Assembly: GCA_951406725.2 (NCBI GenBank) | Contig: OX597823.1 | Span: 26,102,001-26,166,000 of the forward strand | Length of the DNA stretch: 64,000 nucleotides | DNA from: Octopus vulgaris | Taxonomy: Eukaryota | Direction of reading: 5' to 3' | In this document: positions 1 through 11,239 of the stretch, one piece after another | Position numbering within the stretch: position 1 is the stretch's first letter | Layout: each line of letters opens with the position of its first letter | Notes under the pieces: generated by a model | The model's input: only the letters and a program-made list of their open reading frames with translations | Told to the model about the DNA's origin: nothing | Database searches by the model: none | Translations under genes and position numbers: made by a program

Positions 1-170
1 GTAAACACAGATACTGAGATACACTTACCTCCTCACACACACACATAAACACACACACACATATAGGACAGGCTTCTTTAAATTTCCTTCTTTACGTTTT
101 ATATATAAATATAAAATTATTGCACACACACATATATAACATCATGATTATATACATATATACACACACA

Positions 171-1445
171 TTGTGTCATCCCATAAATAATGCAGTTTTT
201 CAATTGCATGAACTAAAAGTCAAAGGGGGATAGGATTAACTACCTGCATCAACTTGCTATAAAAGCAGGTAGTAATTTTACCTTGTATATATTCTTAGTG
301 TAAGTTTTGAAGAATGCTGTTCGATTTTAACAGTTATTTTTTTCAAAGTTATAATGGAAGTGACAAAGGAGCATATTCAGCATATTTTGCTTTATGAGCT
401 CAATAAAGGCAACAACACAACGGAAAGTGCGCAGAATATTAATGCAATATATGGGGATCAAACAATAAGTGTAAGCCAGTTTCAACGGTGGCTCCAGAAA
501 TTCCAATCCAGAGAATACAGCCAAGAAGATGAGCCTCATCCTAGAAAATATATAGAGCTTGATGAGGACATCCTGAAAATGCTGGCAGAACAAAATCCCA
601 TTGCAAGTGTTGTAGAACTAGCAGAAAAGCTTGGATTTGGTCATTCAACCATTCATCGGCACCTGCGGGCCATCAGAAAAGTTGGCAAATTGGGTCAATG
701 GGTTCCTCACAAAATTTCCAAGTCTAATCACGTGCAGAGTGTGATTGTGTGCTCTTGTTTGCTCTCACACCTCATGAATGAACCTTTTTTGGACTGAACA
801 GTGACTGGTGATGAGAAATGGGTTTTCATTAAAAATGTCAAACACCAAAGGCAGTGTGTAGGTAAAGGAGAATCATTGGCAGCCCAGGCTAAAGAAGGTC
901 TTCATCCACATAAGGTGTTGCTATCTGTTTGGTGGGATATGAAAGGTTTAGTCCACTTTGAACTTGTAAACCCAAACTAAATGATAAGAAAGGAAATCTA
1001 CTGTGAGCAGCTTAAGTCAGCACTAGAAGAAAAACAACCATCTTTGGTTTCAAGACAAAAGGTGTTCTTCCATCAGGATAATGCTCGGCTACATACAGTG
1101 AGGAGGATATTCCAAAGGCTGAAGCAGTTTGAATGGGAAACGATGCCCCATCCACCATATTCACCGGACATTGCCCCATCTGATTATCATTTATTCTGCA
1201 GTCTTCAAAATCATTTGGCCAAAAAAAGTATGAATTCTGGAGACAAGGTCAGAACAGTACTGGAGGAATATTTTTCGTGACTGACAAGTGAATTTTGGAA
1301 GAGGGGCCTTGAAAATCTACCAGATAGATGGAAGAGCATTGTAGAAAATGAAGGAGAGTATATTTTAAATTTAGAAAGAACTTTGGTTATCTTAATTATG
1401 AAAAATAAAAGAAGTATAAAAAAACTGCATTATTTATGGGATGAC

Positions 1446-1449
<4 letters not shown>
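171..1449 (+). mobile_element. Full-length Tc1/mariner DNA transposon (decayed)
   Basis: About 30-bp TIRs: TTGTGTCATCCCATAAATAATGCAGTTTTT at 171 and its near-perfect reverse complement ending at 1449, followed by TA. Length of about 1.28 kb is typical of mariner. Confidence 0.95.
354..1372 (+). pseudogene. Mariner transposase pseudogene (DD34D family)
   Basis: HTH N-terminus and the motifs WVPH, VTGDEKW, HQDNAR and YSPDIAPSDYHLF. Interrupted by in-frame stops at 797, 980 and 1280. Confidence 0.93.
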
Positions 1450-1512
<63 letters not shown>

Positions 1513-1602
1513 GTATATATGTATGTATATATATATATATATATGTATGTATGTGTGAATATATATATAAATATATGCATACATACATATATATGTGTGT
1601 GT
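1450..1602. repeat. (TA)n/(TATG)n microsatellite
   Basis: Read directly; it explains the YI/YV-repeat ORFs. Confidence 0.95.
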
Positions 1603-1722
1603 GGAGGCACATGACCTAGTGGTTAGAGCAGCGGACTCGTGGTTGAGGGATCGCGGGTTCGAATCTCAGACTGGGCGATGTGTGTGTTTATGAGCGAAAC
1701 ATCAAGCTCCACATGGCTCAAG
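1603..1722 (+). mobile_element. tRNA-derived SINE head (truncated)
   Basis: A-box-like TGACCTAGTGG and B-box GGTTCGAATCT, followed by a non-tRNA body. Confidence 0.65.
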
Positions 1723-1989
1723 AAGGCACAAACAATATATATATACATCAGTCTATGTCTGCTTTCCACACTGGCATGAGCTGGACAGGTTATCAGCAAG
1801 TCAGTTTCTGTTCAGGTTTATTGCTGCAGATAGAGATTTAGCAGGTAAGAAATAGGAAAAAGACTCAGATACAGATATGTATTACATATCCCATCACTAC
1901 CATCACCATCTATATTTTATCATACATTTCACTGTGCTTACACAAATGGTTGGGACTTCTCCAGTTCAGCAGGTTACCAATCCTCATGG

Positions 1990-2420
1990 CCATTCGTATG
2001 CTTCTTTATGAGACACAGCATCTTCAGATAAGTCTTAACTTCTTTGTCCCAAGTTTTCCTCACTCTCTCTCATCCACACAAGCTTCAATCACTTTGAGTA
2101 TGCACACTTCTGGGTACAGCTACCAACCTCCATATTCATCAGTCTTCTCTTGCATACATCTTATTCCTCTTAAATTCAGTTTTTATCTCACTCATTTGTA
2201 GACTGTCATTCATGTACATTAATATTACATATCCTGTAGAATATGCTATCTTTGTTTCTTTCAAGTCTTTGCAAATCATCTGCAGTCAATGTTTATGGCT
2301 AATCATACTTCATATGCAAGCTTTATACTGTTTAGGTTGTTGGGTTATTTTTCTCAATAGACCTCGCCTGTTTCACATGCAATAATAGTAGACACCATTC
2401 ACTTGGTCCCAAATGAGTAC
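1990..2420 (-). mobile_element. Decayed RTE-type LINE 3' fragment
   Basis: The minus strand resembles the 3' part of the RTE at 12700-13150 (post-RT region). Heavily mutated. Confidence 0.4.
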
Positions 2421-3022
2421 AAAATGAATACTCGCCCCTCTCTCCCAATATATCTCAAGCAGTCTTGACTGAAAGCTTTACTATACCTATATAATCTATT
2501 CCTAACATATAGAACCACCTCACTGCAGTGGCATTATTAGACTAATAGTATGTGGACACTGTTCTTAATTGCTGACTTGGAAGTTCTCCAGAAGAAAGAT
2601 AAAGATATTATAATTGTCTCTTCAAGACAAAATGAACAGCTTCAGTACAGACAAAGTTTATCATCGATAGAAAGCAAAGTTGAAAGCTCCACCAAAGAAT
2701 AACAGTGAGTGCATGGAACACCTAACAGTGAATGAGGAAACTGCTCGACTCATTGACTGGGTCTGCTATTGATCCAACTGCTACTGATCAACTTGATAAG
2801 CTGCAGAAAGATAATTTTCTATGAAGAACAATTAGACATGCTCAGTCTACTGTAACACCAACGAATGATGGCAACATGGGTGTAGATATAGCTGCGTGTT
2901 TAAAAGGTTTATCTTACCTAACCATGTTTTTGTGTTTGATTTCATTGTGCAGCAGCATTTTGATCTTATGAGTTGATCTTATGAGTGGGATTTGGCAGAT
3001 GGAAACAGTGTTGAATCCCATT

Positions 3023-3044
3023 GTGTATGTGTGTGCACACATGC

Positions 3045-3077
<33 letters not shown>

Positions 3078-3145
3078 TGTATGTATGTATGTATGTATGT
3101 ATGTATGTATGTATGTATGTATGTATGCATGTATGTATGTATGTA
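3023..3145. repeat. (TATG)n microsatellite
   Basis: Read directly. Confidence 0.95.
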
Positions 3146-3535
3146 CAATTTCATCAAAGATGTCTCAGACACATTCTGAATGTTGGCTGGACCTTAAAAA
3201 CTCCAGACACACATGACCTGAGGACAGCTGATATCTTGAGTATTGAGGTGATGGTGCACAAGCACTGGTTATGTTAGACTGGACACCTTAGAATGAAGGA
3301 TAGCAGGATCCCTAAGCAGATGCTATATGAGGAACTTCTTAATGAAATGTGACCATGGCAGAAACCAAGGCTGCAATTTAAGGATTGTGTCAAGTCCTCA
3401 TTAAAGGTCTGTGATATGCAGGAGACTGACTGGGAGAGCAATGCCTGTCATCACCACAGATGGAGGAAGCAGGTTAAGAAGGGGGTCAACACTTTTGAAA
3501 GAGCACGTATTCTGCATGAAGAACTTAAGTGTGCT
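3146..3535 (+). mobile_element. RTE-clade LINE C-terminal fragment
   Basis: Reads QFHQRCLRHILNVGW, then GHLRMKDSRIPKQMLYEEL and KPRLQFKDCVK across frameshifts; typical RTE/BovB-type C-terminus. Confidence 0.75.
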
Positions 3536-5524
3536 GCCGAAATGTTGGGTTAACAACAAACAAGATGACAAATATCTGTCAAATGTAAATAATGTAAATA
3601 ATATCCTTTGACATGTCCAGCATAGAAAGACCTACTAGGAGCTTGCTGACATGGTTCTCAGGGTCATTGACATACACAAGCCATCATACTGCAGCAAAGA
3701 CTAGACCTTGTAGAGGTCAGCTTATACTTACTGCTACTCTATTCCAATTCTTTTTTTTTTATCCATTTAGCACTGGATTCACTAGTGATGAGTGACAACA
3801 ATGGAGAAAAATAGAGGACACTACTGGAAATCCACAACTGTGATTCTTCTCAGTGACAAGATGACAAGATTCAAATGATAGCATGAAAAGAAAAAATTAA
3901 TTAATGAGTATTTATCCAGTCCATGCTCTTTGTTGGTGACAAAACAGTTTTTTTTTTCAGACATGGCATTGCTATCCTTGAACAATGAAGGGGTGGTAAA
4001 AAAAGTTTTAAAAGTATTCATGTTCTGGCTTGCTAGGTTAATGCATTTAATTATAGCAGTTGAAACAATAAAATGATTTTAAGAGAGCTGTCAAGAGAAA
4101 ACTGAATATTAAATCATGGAAGGCACAACTCTTCAGGGTGATGCTCCTTGTTTTTAGAGAGGGAGAGGGCTTTCTTCTTACAAATAAATTGATGTTGTTG
4201 TTCTTAGTGAAACTGATTTTTCTGGGGGTAAGTCAACTAGAAAAAAATAGGAGGTGGCACTTTTTATTGGATAAGCAAAGAAAGAAATTGGAATTAGGTT
4301 ATCTAGTTTTGGGTTTGTAAGGAAAACTACTATTGCTAAACAACTATGATAACTACCTCAAGGTCAAAGAGGTTGCATTATGCCATTAAAAGTGGATCTT
4401 AAGGAGAGGAACTCAGCATTTTTAATAAGCTGCCATGCTATGACAATGACTTGTAATAAATACAACAAAAATACTTTTTTATGATAGCTTACAGTCCTAC
4501 ATCTCAAAAATCCCTTGTAATGATTATGTCCAACCATTTGGTGTCAGAGTAGTTTCTGATTCTGATAGTTGGTTTGGTACAAATTGGTATTCACTTCCCA
4601 TCAAGCCTTACCAAAGGAGAGTGTGACCTTTGAACCTTTGAACAAATTGGTATTCACTTCGCTGCCAAAGTAGTATTTTTGTTCTGGGCCACAAGGTTTG
4701 TTCAAGTTAGGACAAGCCACTTTGGTATGTCTATTCGGCTTGTGTCTGAATGGGTGACCCAACTAAAGTCGATCAGTCTTTGACCTGTGTCCAAGTAGCA
4801 TTCAGCTGACCCCACTGGTCATCTATTTTTAGCTAGAGCTATCAAGATGCTTTCTCTTCAGCCTCTACATTAATTTTTGATGGGTCTTCCTCTGGTCACT
4901 CCTTTGATACCCATGGCTCCACAGGCCTTACCAAAGGAGAGACTGAACTTTGAACCTTCTACTCCCTGTCTCCATTGACATGCATCTGCTCCTGCACCTG
5001 TTTCTGCAATTCCTGATACTTTGCTCACTACCTCACTTGCTCTGTTCACCTCAAGGCATAGTTAGTTCCAGCAAAATGAGCTGTCTTGAGGCATCTGAAA
5101 CCAAGACAATGTCCGATCTCAACAAGGACGATGTGATTAAGAGATGACTTTTAAGCTGTCCCTCTAGACCAAGTGTCAACTCCCAGTCAAGTGCTCTAGG
5201 AAACAAACAATTACAGCTAGGTCTTTTCCTTTGGTCATTTTCTCATCTCAACAGAAATTATTCCTCTAGCTGTAGTGTGGATGTAACTTTAATTGAATCT
5301 CTTTGATCTTTAATGTCTTCTGTTGTTCTTTAAAAAAATTGTTTTATAGAATTTAATAAAAATTAGATTTTCTTCTTTTTTGGGTTTTTAAGCATTAAAA
5401 CTGGCAAAGTATGTCCATTACAAAAGCTGTGCAACTTAATTTAAACTTCCCAAACTCAATCTGATTCTAACAGTTCTTTTGGTAATTGAATTTTGCATCC
5501 AACCAAAATAGAAGCCTCTGTATA

Positions 5525-5700
5525 GTTGTTTGATGTGCTAGAAATAGCAACTGAATTTCTTTAAATAACTCCCTACTGCCTTAAAACAGGAAGGATATTT
5601 TAGCCAGCATAATCCTAGGTATACAAAAAGTTGGGTTAACCAGAGCTGGAGCATCTTTGACTATAGATCTGCTTGATCAAGATTGACTTGGAACTAAACA
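5525..5700 (+). mobile_element. Unclassified SINE-like dispersed repeat with (CAA)n tail
   Basis: TGCTAGAAATAGC...GATCA...CTAAACAAC module. Related copies near 6770, 19860, 23260, 31100-31580, 47735, 50500 and 53135-53660. Confidence 0.6.
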
Positions 5701-5753
5701 AGAAGAAGAAGAAGAAGAAGAAGAAGAAGAAGAAGAAGAAGAAGAAGAAGAAG

Positions 5754-5785
<32 letters not shown>

Positions 5786-5843
5786 CGACGACGACGACGA
5801 CGACGACGACAACAACAATAACAACAACAACAACAGCAACAAC
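5700..5843. repeat. Compound trinucleotide microsatellite (AAG)n(AAC)n(GAC)n(AAC)n
   Basis: Read directly. Confidence 0.97.
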
Positions 5844-6058
5844 CAAAAGAGGCATCACATTTCTATTCAGTAATCTCATCATTTCTGCATCACTCTAAAG
5901 TTTAACCATGACACACAATGAAGTAATGCTCTCATATCTGGAATGGTACTGCTGCTACAGCACATATAGACATGCTAGACTGCACCCCCTCCCACCCCCA
6001 ATGCCACCAGACAAATTGACCAGAAGTCATTCTCCAACACACTCCAATCTCTGTCCCT

Positions 6059-6328
6059 CAGGATTATGTGAGCATTGTTCGAAATGATTGTTCGAAATCA
6101 ATTATTCGAAAACAATTATTCGAAAAACATTTATTCGAATGGACAATTATATTAATGAAAATTATTCAAAAGGACAATTATATGAAATGTTAATTATTCT
6201 AATTTTTTTTTATATAAATAAAAATGATAAAATTAAGAATCAAGTACACAAATGAAATTTATTTCAAATAACTGTTTTTTGAATAATTGTTTTCAAACAA
6301 TTGTTTTCGAACAATTTTCATGATACGG
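6059..6328. mobile_element. Foldback/MITE-like element with tandem subrepeats in inverted arms
   Basis: The left arm repeats ATT(G/A)TTCGAAA about every 11-14 bp, and the right arm repeats the complement (TTTCGAACAATT). The core is AT-rich. Confidence 0.6.
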
Positions 6329-6989
6329 TTCCACAGACATTTTGTCTTCTCTCTCAACCTTTTCTACTCTTACTACAATGGCCCTCTGCTTTTTGGACTT
6401 GATTTATCTCACACCAAGTCCAGTCCGGCTCCCTTGTCTTTCCTTCTGTCATCACTCATATTGTATCTACTTCCTACTCCTGCACCAACCATTTCCCCCA
6501 ATTATTTCTCCCCAAAACATTATCTCTCTGGAATCTCCTCCCTGTTCATGTTTTTCCTTCATATGTTGACTTACAACTGTTAGAAGTGGAACATCAACTA
6601 TGTTAATCTGACTAGTTTCAAATGCCTTTGAAAGCTTCATGTGTACAATCCCACTTCCCAAACAAATAACAAAAATTAAAAAATACATAACACAATAAAT
6701 GATGGATCTACCTTGTGAGTTTAAGTCTTGTTTGTGTTTTCATAATGAAAGTGTTAGCTGTTTCTGTCATGTTTTTTGGCTCCAAGCAGTCTTGATCCAA
6801 CAGTCATATGGTCAAATGTATTATAGTCATAGCCACCCTATATTATTTCCCTGGCATAGTCTATCTAGGACTACATTATCTAATGTGTTCCTCTGTTCCA
6901 TTTTTCTTTCTTTTTTTTTTTATTTTTACATTACTTTGAGAAGGAAGGGTAAAATTCTGTGACTCTTTTCAGGCCCTTAAAGTCTAGTG

Positions 6990-8080
6990 TAGTAGTATTG
7001 ACTCCCAAACCTTGTTGCTGTGAATTGAACCACACAGTTATGCTTATGCCTAAGGATATGATTTTTAAGAATATTCGGTGGCTAAATCTAACATATTGAA
7101 CAGATTGAATTATGATGTAGTGGTTACTTCATTGAAATCGCAAGTGAAGTGCCTATATATCAAAATTACTTTTGCTGGTGAACTCTGCCATGATAGAGTT
7201 TCTAGAAATTCCACTGTCTAGAACAATCCTTTAAGAGCAAAAGTGTTTGGTTTTATCAAGTTTCAAGTACTCTGTAGACAGTTGAGATATTTCAGTTATG
7301 CACTGCATTGCTTATGGTCAACAGCCCAATAACTGTTTAACTATCTAAGTTTCTGAAATGAGTTTGTTATTAATAAAATTATTATTGTTCTGATTATTAA
7401 ATCTTCTTTAGAGATGAAATACTTTTTTTCATATTTACATTTACTCCATGCACAACACTGCCATTGGCTTAATGTGGCTGCCTTTACTGAAAGGCAAAGA
7501 CAGCCATATTGAGGAGCTTATATTTACAATATGCATTTCACAGGAAATATTCTTTTATCAAGGGCAAGAAATAATCAGCTACATTGAATGCTATGCTCAT
7601 GCGATGGGGAGGAAATTTTAAAACTAGATGATGTCTTTTCTCAGTTCTGCTGTTTTGTTGGGGTTAGCTCCACGTGTTCTAATTCTTCTTTGATGCAACT
7701 TCTTATAAACGAGTCACTGTAGTGGAGTGTGGCCCAATTGAATATGTCCCTGCTGGGGGATAGGGTGGATATGTTCCTACTTATATTACCTTACAAAATC
7801 TTTTTTATGATTGTAGAGGGTGCTGGTTGGAGTTTTTCTTTATATAAACTGTCTTTATTTGGTTTTCTGTAGTTGTGCTTACCTGTGGTAAGATCTAATG
7901 TCATGGATAAAGCATTGATGATTAATGCAGAGAACTATTTTAAAATCAAATTTCTCAACTATGTCACATCTTTCCAAAATTTGTCAATACTACAACTAAT
8001 TTTGTGGAGGGAGACTATTAACTTGTCAACTTTATATTATCATATATTGGGTGGGGGTTTATTCTTTCCTTAATGGAGAA
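6990..8080 (-). mobile_element. Decayed Penelope-like element, C-terminal region (RT thumb, linker, GIY-YIG)
   Basis: The minus strand reads YIKKNSNQHP..IIKKI, ISRNISTLSPSRDIFN and RKDII, then a YIG-containing segment. This matches PLE SNHPP / IIWFNPP / GIY-YIG architecture; many stops and frameshifts. Confidence 0.6.
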
Positions 8081-8244
8081 GAACAACTAGTTTGTATACT
8101 TCAAATCTACTCAAAGTTCCTTGTTTTGCCTTTTATCTCTGAATGAGCCATAGACACACCAAAAAGTTCCTTGATTTGTTTTTTAACTCCAAAAGAATCC
8201 CCATAAGGTAAGAATAACTGCCTACTATTCATTACATTAGTCTT

Positions 8245-8247
<3 letters not shown>

Positions 8248-8293
<46 letters not shown>
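8248..8293. repeat. (AAT)n microsatellite
   Basis: Read directly. Confidence 0.95.
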
Positions 8294-8295
<2 letters not shown>

Positions 8296-8473
8296 GCTTT
8301 TAAAGAATTCTAAGACTTTTTTGGAGATGCAATTTAGAAATGTATCTGTAAATGTAAGAGCCCTTGCTTGATGACAGACACATCATGGTACACAGAGCTG
8401 ATCAGGTCCACCACTGCAGTCGAGTTTTTTCTGGTTAGTGTTATAATGAGTCGAGGGTTTTTCTAAATAAGTT

Positions 8474-8566
8474 GTTGGTCCTCCACAGAATAAGGGCTAC
8501 CATCTTAGTTGGTCCTCCACAAAATAGGGGCTGCCATCTTAGTTGGTCCTCCACGGAATAGGGGCT
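8474..8566. repeat. 34-bp tandem repeat, about 2.7 copies
   Basis: Unit GTTGGTCCTCCAC..AATA.GGGCT.CCATCTTA starting at 8474, 8508 and 8542. Confidence 0.9.
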
Positions 8567-8704
8567 GTGATGAGCTGACATACCACAGGTCACCATTAGT
8601 CTGGAACCTCCCCAGGAGACTGGCCCACCTAGGGTGGCTATACCAGCAGTGAAGCTCCAGGTAGTAATGCTCTTTCAAGTCTATGGAATATATCCAATGG
8701 ATAT

Positions 8705-9575
8705 GCTATGCTGATTGAAAAGGCTCTGAGGGCGTTTGGTGTGGTCTCTAAGTCTACAGAGTGTTTTTGTTTTGAACTACTTAATTATGGCATTGCTCTC
8801 TTCCCTTTTAATAATTCTCTGGTGCTTTTAATTTTTAGGCTAATGGAATTAAAGATATATTTCCTCAATGTCTTGTGTTTTTTTGTTTTTTTTTATGGGG
8901 TGCAGTTGTTAATTTATATTTGGGATTGGACACAAAGGCATCTTTCTAGATCCTATATTTTTCAAAAAGCAGCATTCCTGAATCTGGTGCCTTTATAAAG
9001 TGAAGAAATTTGAATTCAAATCTTGAGCTGAAATATTATAACATGAATATAGCATTTCAAATTTCTACTTATCATATTAGTTCTTTCGATAAGCCTCTCC
9101 TAACTCTTAATTATTCTAACAATTAATACACAGAATCTGAATGTATTCGTGTTGCAAATCTGGTCATAAAAGGTTTACAGTAATATGTAACTTGTACATG
9201 ACAAGGCAATCCAGCTTGTCATCTATTTTTAATTTTAGGCTAATGAATTTGCTTCAAAGTTGATTATATTATCCTTTTGTAAATTTAAGTAATGTTGCCT
9301 GACAGGAGTTTGGAGTGTGTTGTGCTATCAGCACTATTCAGATTATTATTTTTTTTTTGTTGTTTTTCTGGTAATCATGTGAATGTTGCAGGTGTCTCTG
9401 ATGGATATGATGTGCTTATTGAGAAGGCTCTGGAGGCTATTGGTATGGTCTCTAAATCTTAAATATTTTATCAGGTTCATTAGGTTGGTCTTAAAGTTTT
9501 CAAGATCATCTGCCTTTAGGGTTCTGAATCTAAACTTATTACCTGAAGGTGATTGGTGATAGTTTTTCAGAATAG
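8705..9575 (-). mobile_element. Decayed Penelope-like element, N-terminal/pre-RT region (partly duplicated)
   Basis: The minus strand reads LENFKTNLMNLIKYLRFRDHTNSLQSLLNKHIISI, resembling the PLE pre-RT region. Segments 8708-8756 and 9413-9459 are paralogous. Confidence 0.5.
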
Positions 9576-9636
9576 GTGTGAGTGTGTGTATATATATACA
9601 CACACATACACACACACACACATGCACACACAAAAA

Positions 9637-9840
9637 TTTTAGCACAAGGCCAGTAATTTCAGGGGAGGAGGCAAGTCAATTACATTGACCCAAGTGATAA
9701 ACTGGTACATATTTTATCGGCCCCAAAAGGATAAAAGGCAAAGTTGACCTCAGTGGAATGTGAACTCAGAAACGTAAAGACAGACAAAATGCCACTAAGC
9801 ATTTCATCTGGTATGCTAACGATTCTGTCAGCTTGTTGCT
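9637..9840 (-). mobile_element. tRNA-derived SINE with Meta-type central domain
   Basis: Reverse complement of the GAGTTCAAATTC...GTCGACTTTGCCTTTCATCC...GATAAA..GTACCAG family seen many times in this window. Confidence 0.85.
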
Positions 9841-9880
9841 TTTATATATATATATATATATATATATGTTAATATACATA

Positions 9881-10310
9881 CGAGGGGCATTCAATAAGTA
9901 ATGCCCCTGACCCACTTCCCATAGCAGTAGAGCAACGAAACTTGGCACAGTTATTAGTCTTTTTCTACATAGGAACCACCCAGAGTTACGCATTTCTGCC
10001 ATAGTTTGATGCAGCGCTGGAGACCGTTTTTGTAGAAGACCCCAGCTTGGTCTTCCAACCACAACGTGACTTTAGAAATCAAGGCTGCATCATCTGTGAA
10101 ATGCTTTCCTTTCAAAAAAAACTTCATGGCTGGGAAGAGGTGAAAATCAGAGGGTGCAAGGTCAGGAGCGTAGGGGGGATGGGGGAGGAGCTCTTAGCAG
10201 CACGCCTGTGCTTCTGATCTGGCGACACGCGAGTTGTGAACCGGAGCGTTGTCCTGCAGGAGGAAGATGCCTTTGCTGATCTTGCCCCACCTCTTGATTT
10301 TGATACCTAT
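9881..10310 (-). mobile_element. Mariner 3' fragment with one TIR
   Basis: TA followed by the CGAGGGGCATTCAATAAGT terminus. The minus strand reads LQDNAP and ELLPHPPYAPDLAPSDFHLF. Confidence 0.85.
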
Positions 10311-10821
10311 AGAGGGAACGTCTCTGATACCTCTTTACTTATATCTTGAAATAACTGTTGAAGCCGTTAGTTATGGTTCAATATCTGACATGACTCCCAT
10401 CTCTTTCTCATATGAATACCAATATGACTCTCCTAGATCTAATTTTTTCTGCTCTTTTCCTCTTTTTTAAGTTCCTTGTATTATAGTTTATTTCCTCCCT
10501 GCACTGAAGAGTATGTTGATATTTATTTTATTTAATTCAATCATGAATTTATATTATTATATCTCTGTACAAAATGATTGTCTGCAAGAATTAAACTCCT
10601 TATAAATTTTAACAACTTGTTTTCTCCATTCTTAACAATATTGATGGGATATATGGAACTTAATTCAATAAATTCATCATACATTATATACAAGTACTAC
10701 TTCCATATCTTTGCAAATTCATGCCTGTAAACTCCCAGCAAAGTATGAAGAATCAACATTGGAAATCTTTTTTGGAAACTTCCAATTAAAGGATGAATCC
10801 ACATTCAACCTTCATACACCT

Positions 10822-10824
10822 ATA

Positions 10825-10892
<68 letters not shown>

Positions 10893-10986
10893 CACACACA
10901 CACACATACAGACATACATATATACACACACACATGCACACACACACACACACACACACATATGTATGTACATGTATATACATATA
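10822..10986. repeat. (TACA)n/(TA)n/(CA)n microsatellite
   Basis: Read directly. Confidence 0.95.
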
Positions 10987-11239
10987 TGGATCATCAGTGA
11001 ATCATATATCTGTAAAAGAAGCACCCTCTAAATCAGGAGCAGTGAAGTATCTATAAGATGTTAATTATATGGCTGACAAGCTGTCTATAAGGCTAAGTGC
11101 TTTACAAATGCAAAACCATTGGTCACTCTATGACCAGCCGTATAATTAATTTCCTATAAATGTTAAGAGCATAATAGGAAGTTCCTGTAGAACAACTTAC
11201 TGAGGGCTCCAGACCAAATCTGTGGCTAGTGCAAATCCA

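Noticed and set aside
1383-1619. YI/HT/VC-repeat and homopolymer ORFs throughout the window
   Set aside because: They are translations of microsatellites.
3536-3602. GCCGAAATGTTGGGTT as the 3' half of another hammerhead
   Set aside because: No matching stem II partner can be assigned with confidence; too little remains.
3800-4700. Possible further PLE N-terminal relic on the minus strand
   Set aside because: Only vague similarity; no diagnostic motif could be read.
8474-8566. CRISPR-like repeats (also 22867-22932)
   Set aside because: The units are contiguous with no unique spacers, there are no cas genes, and the context is eukaryotic.
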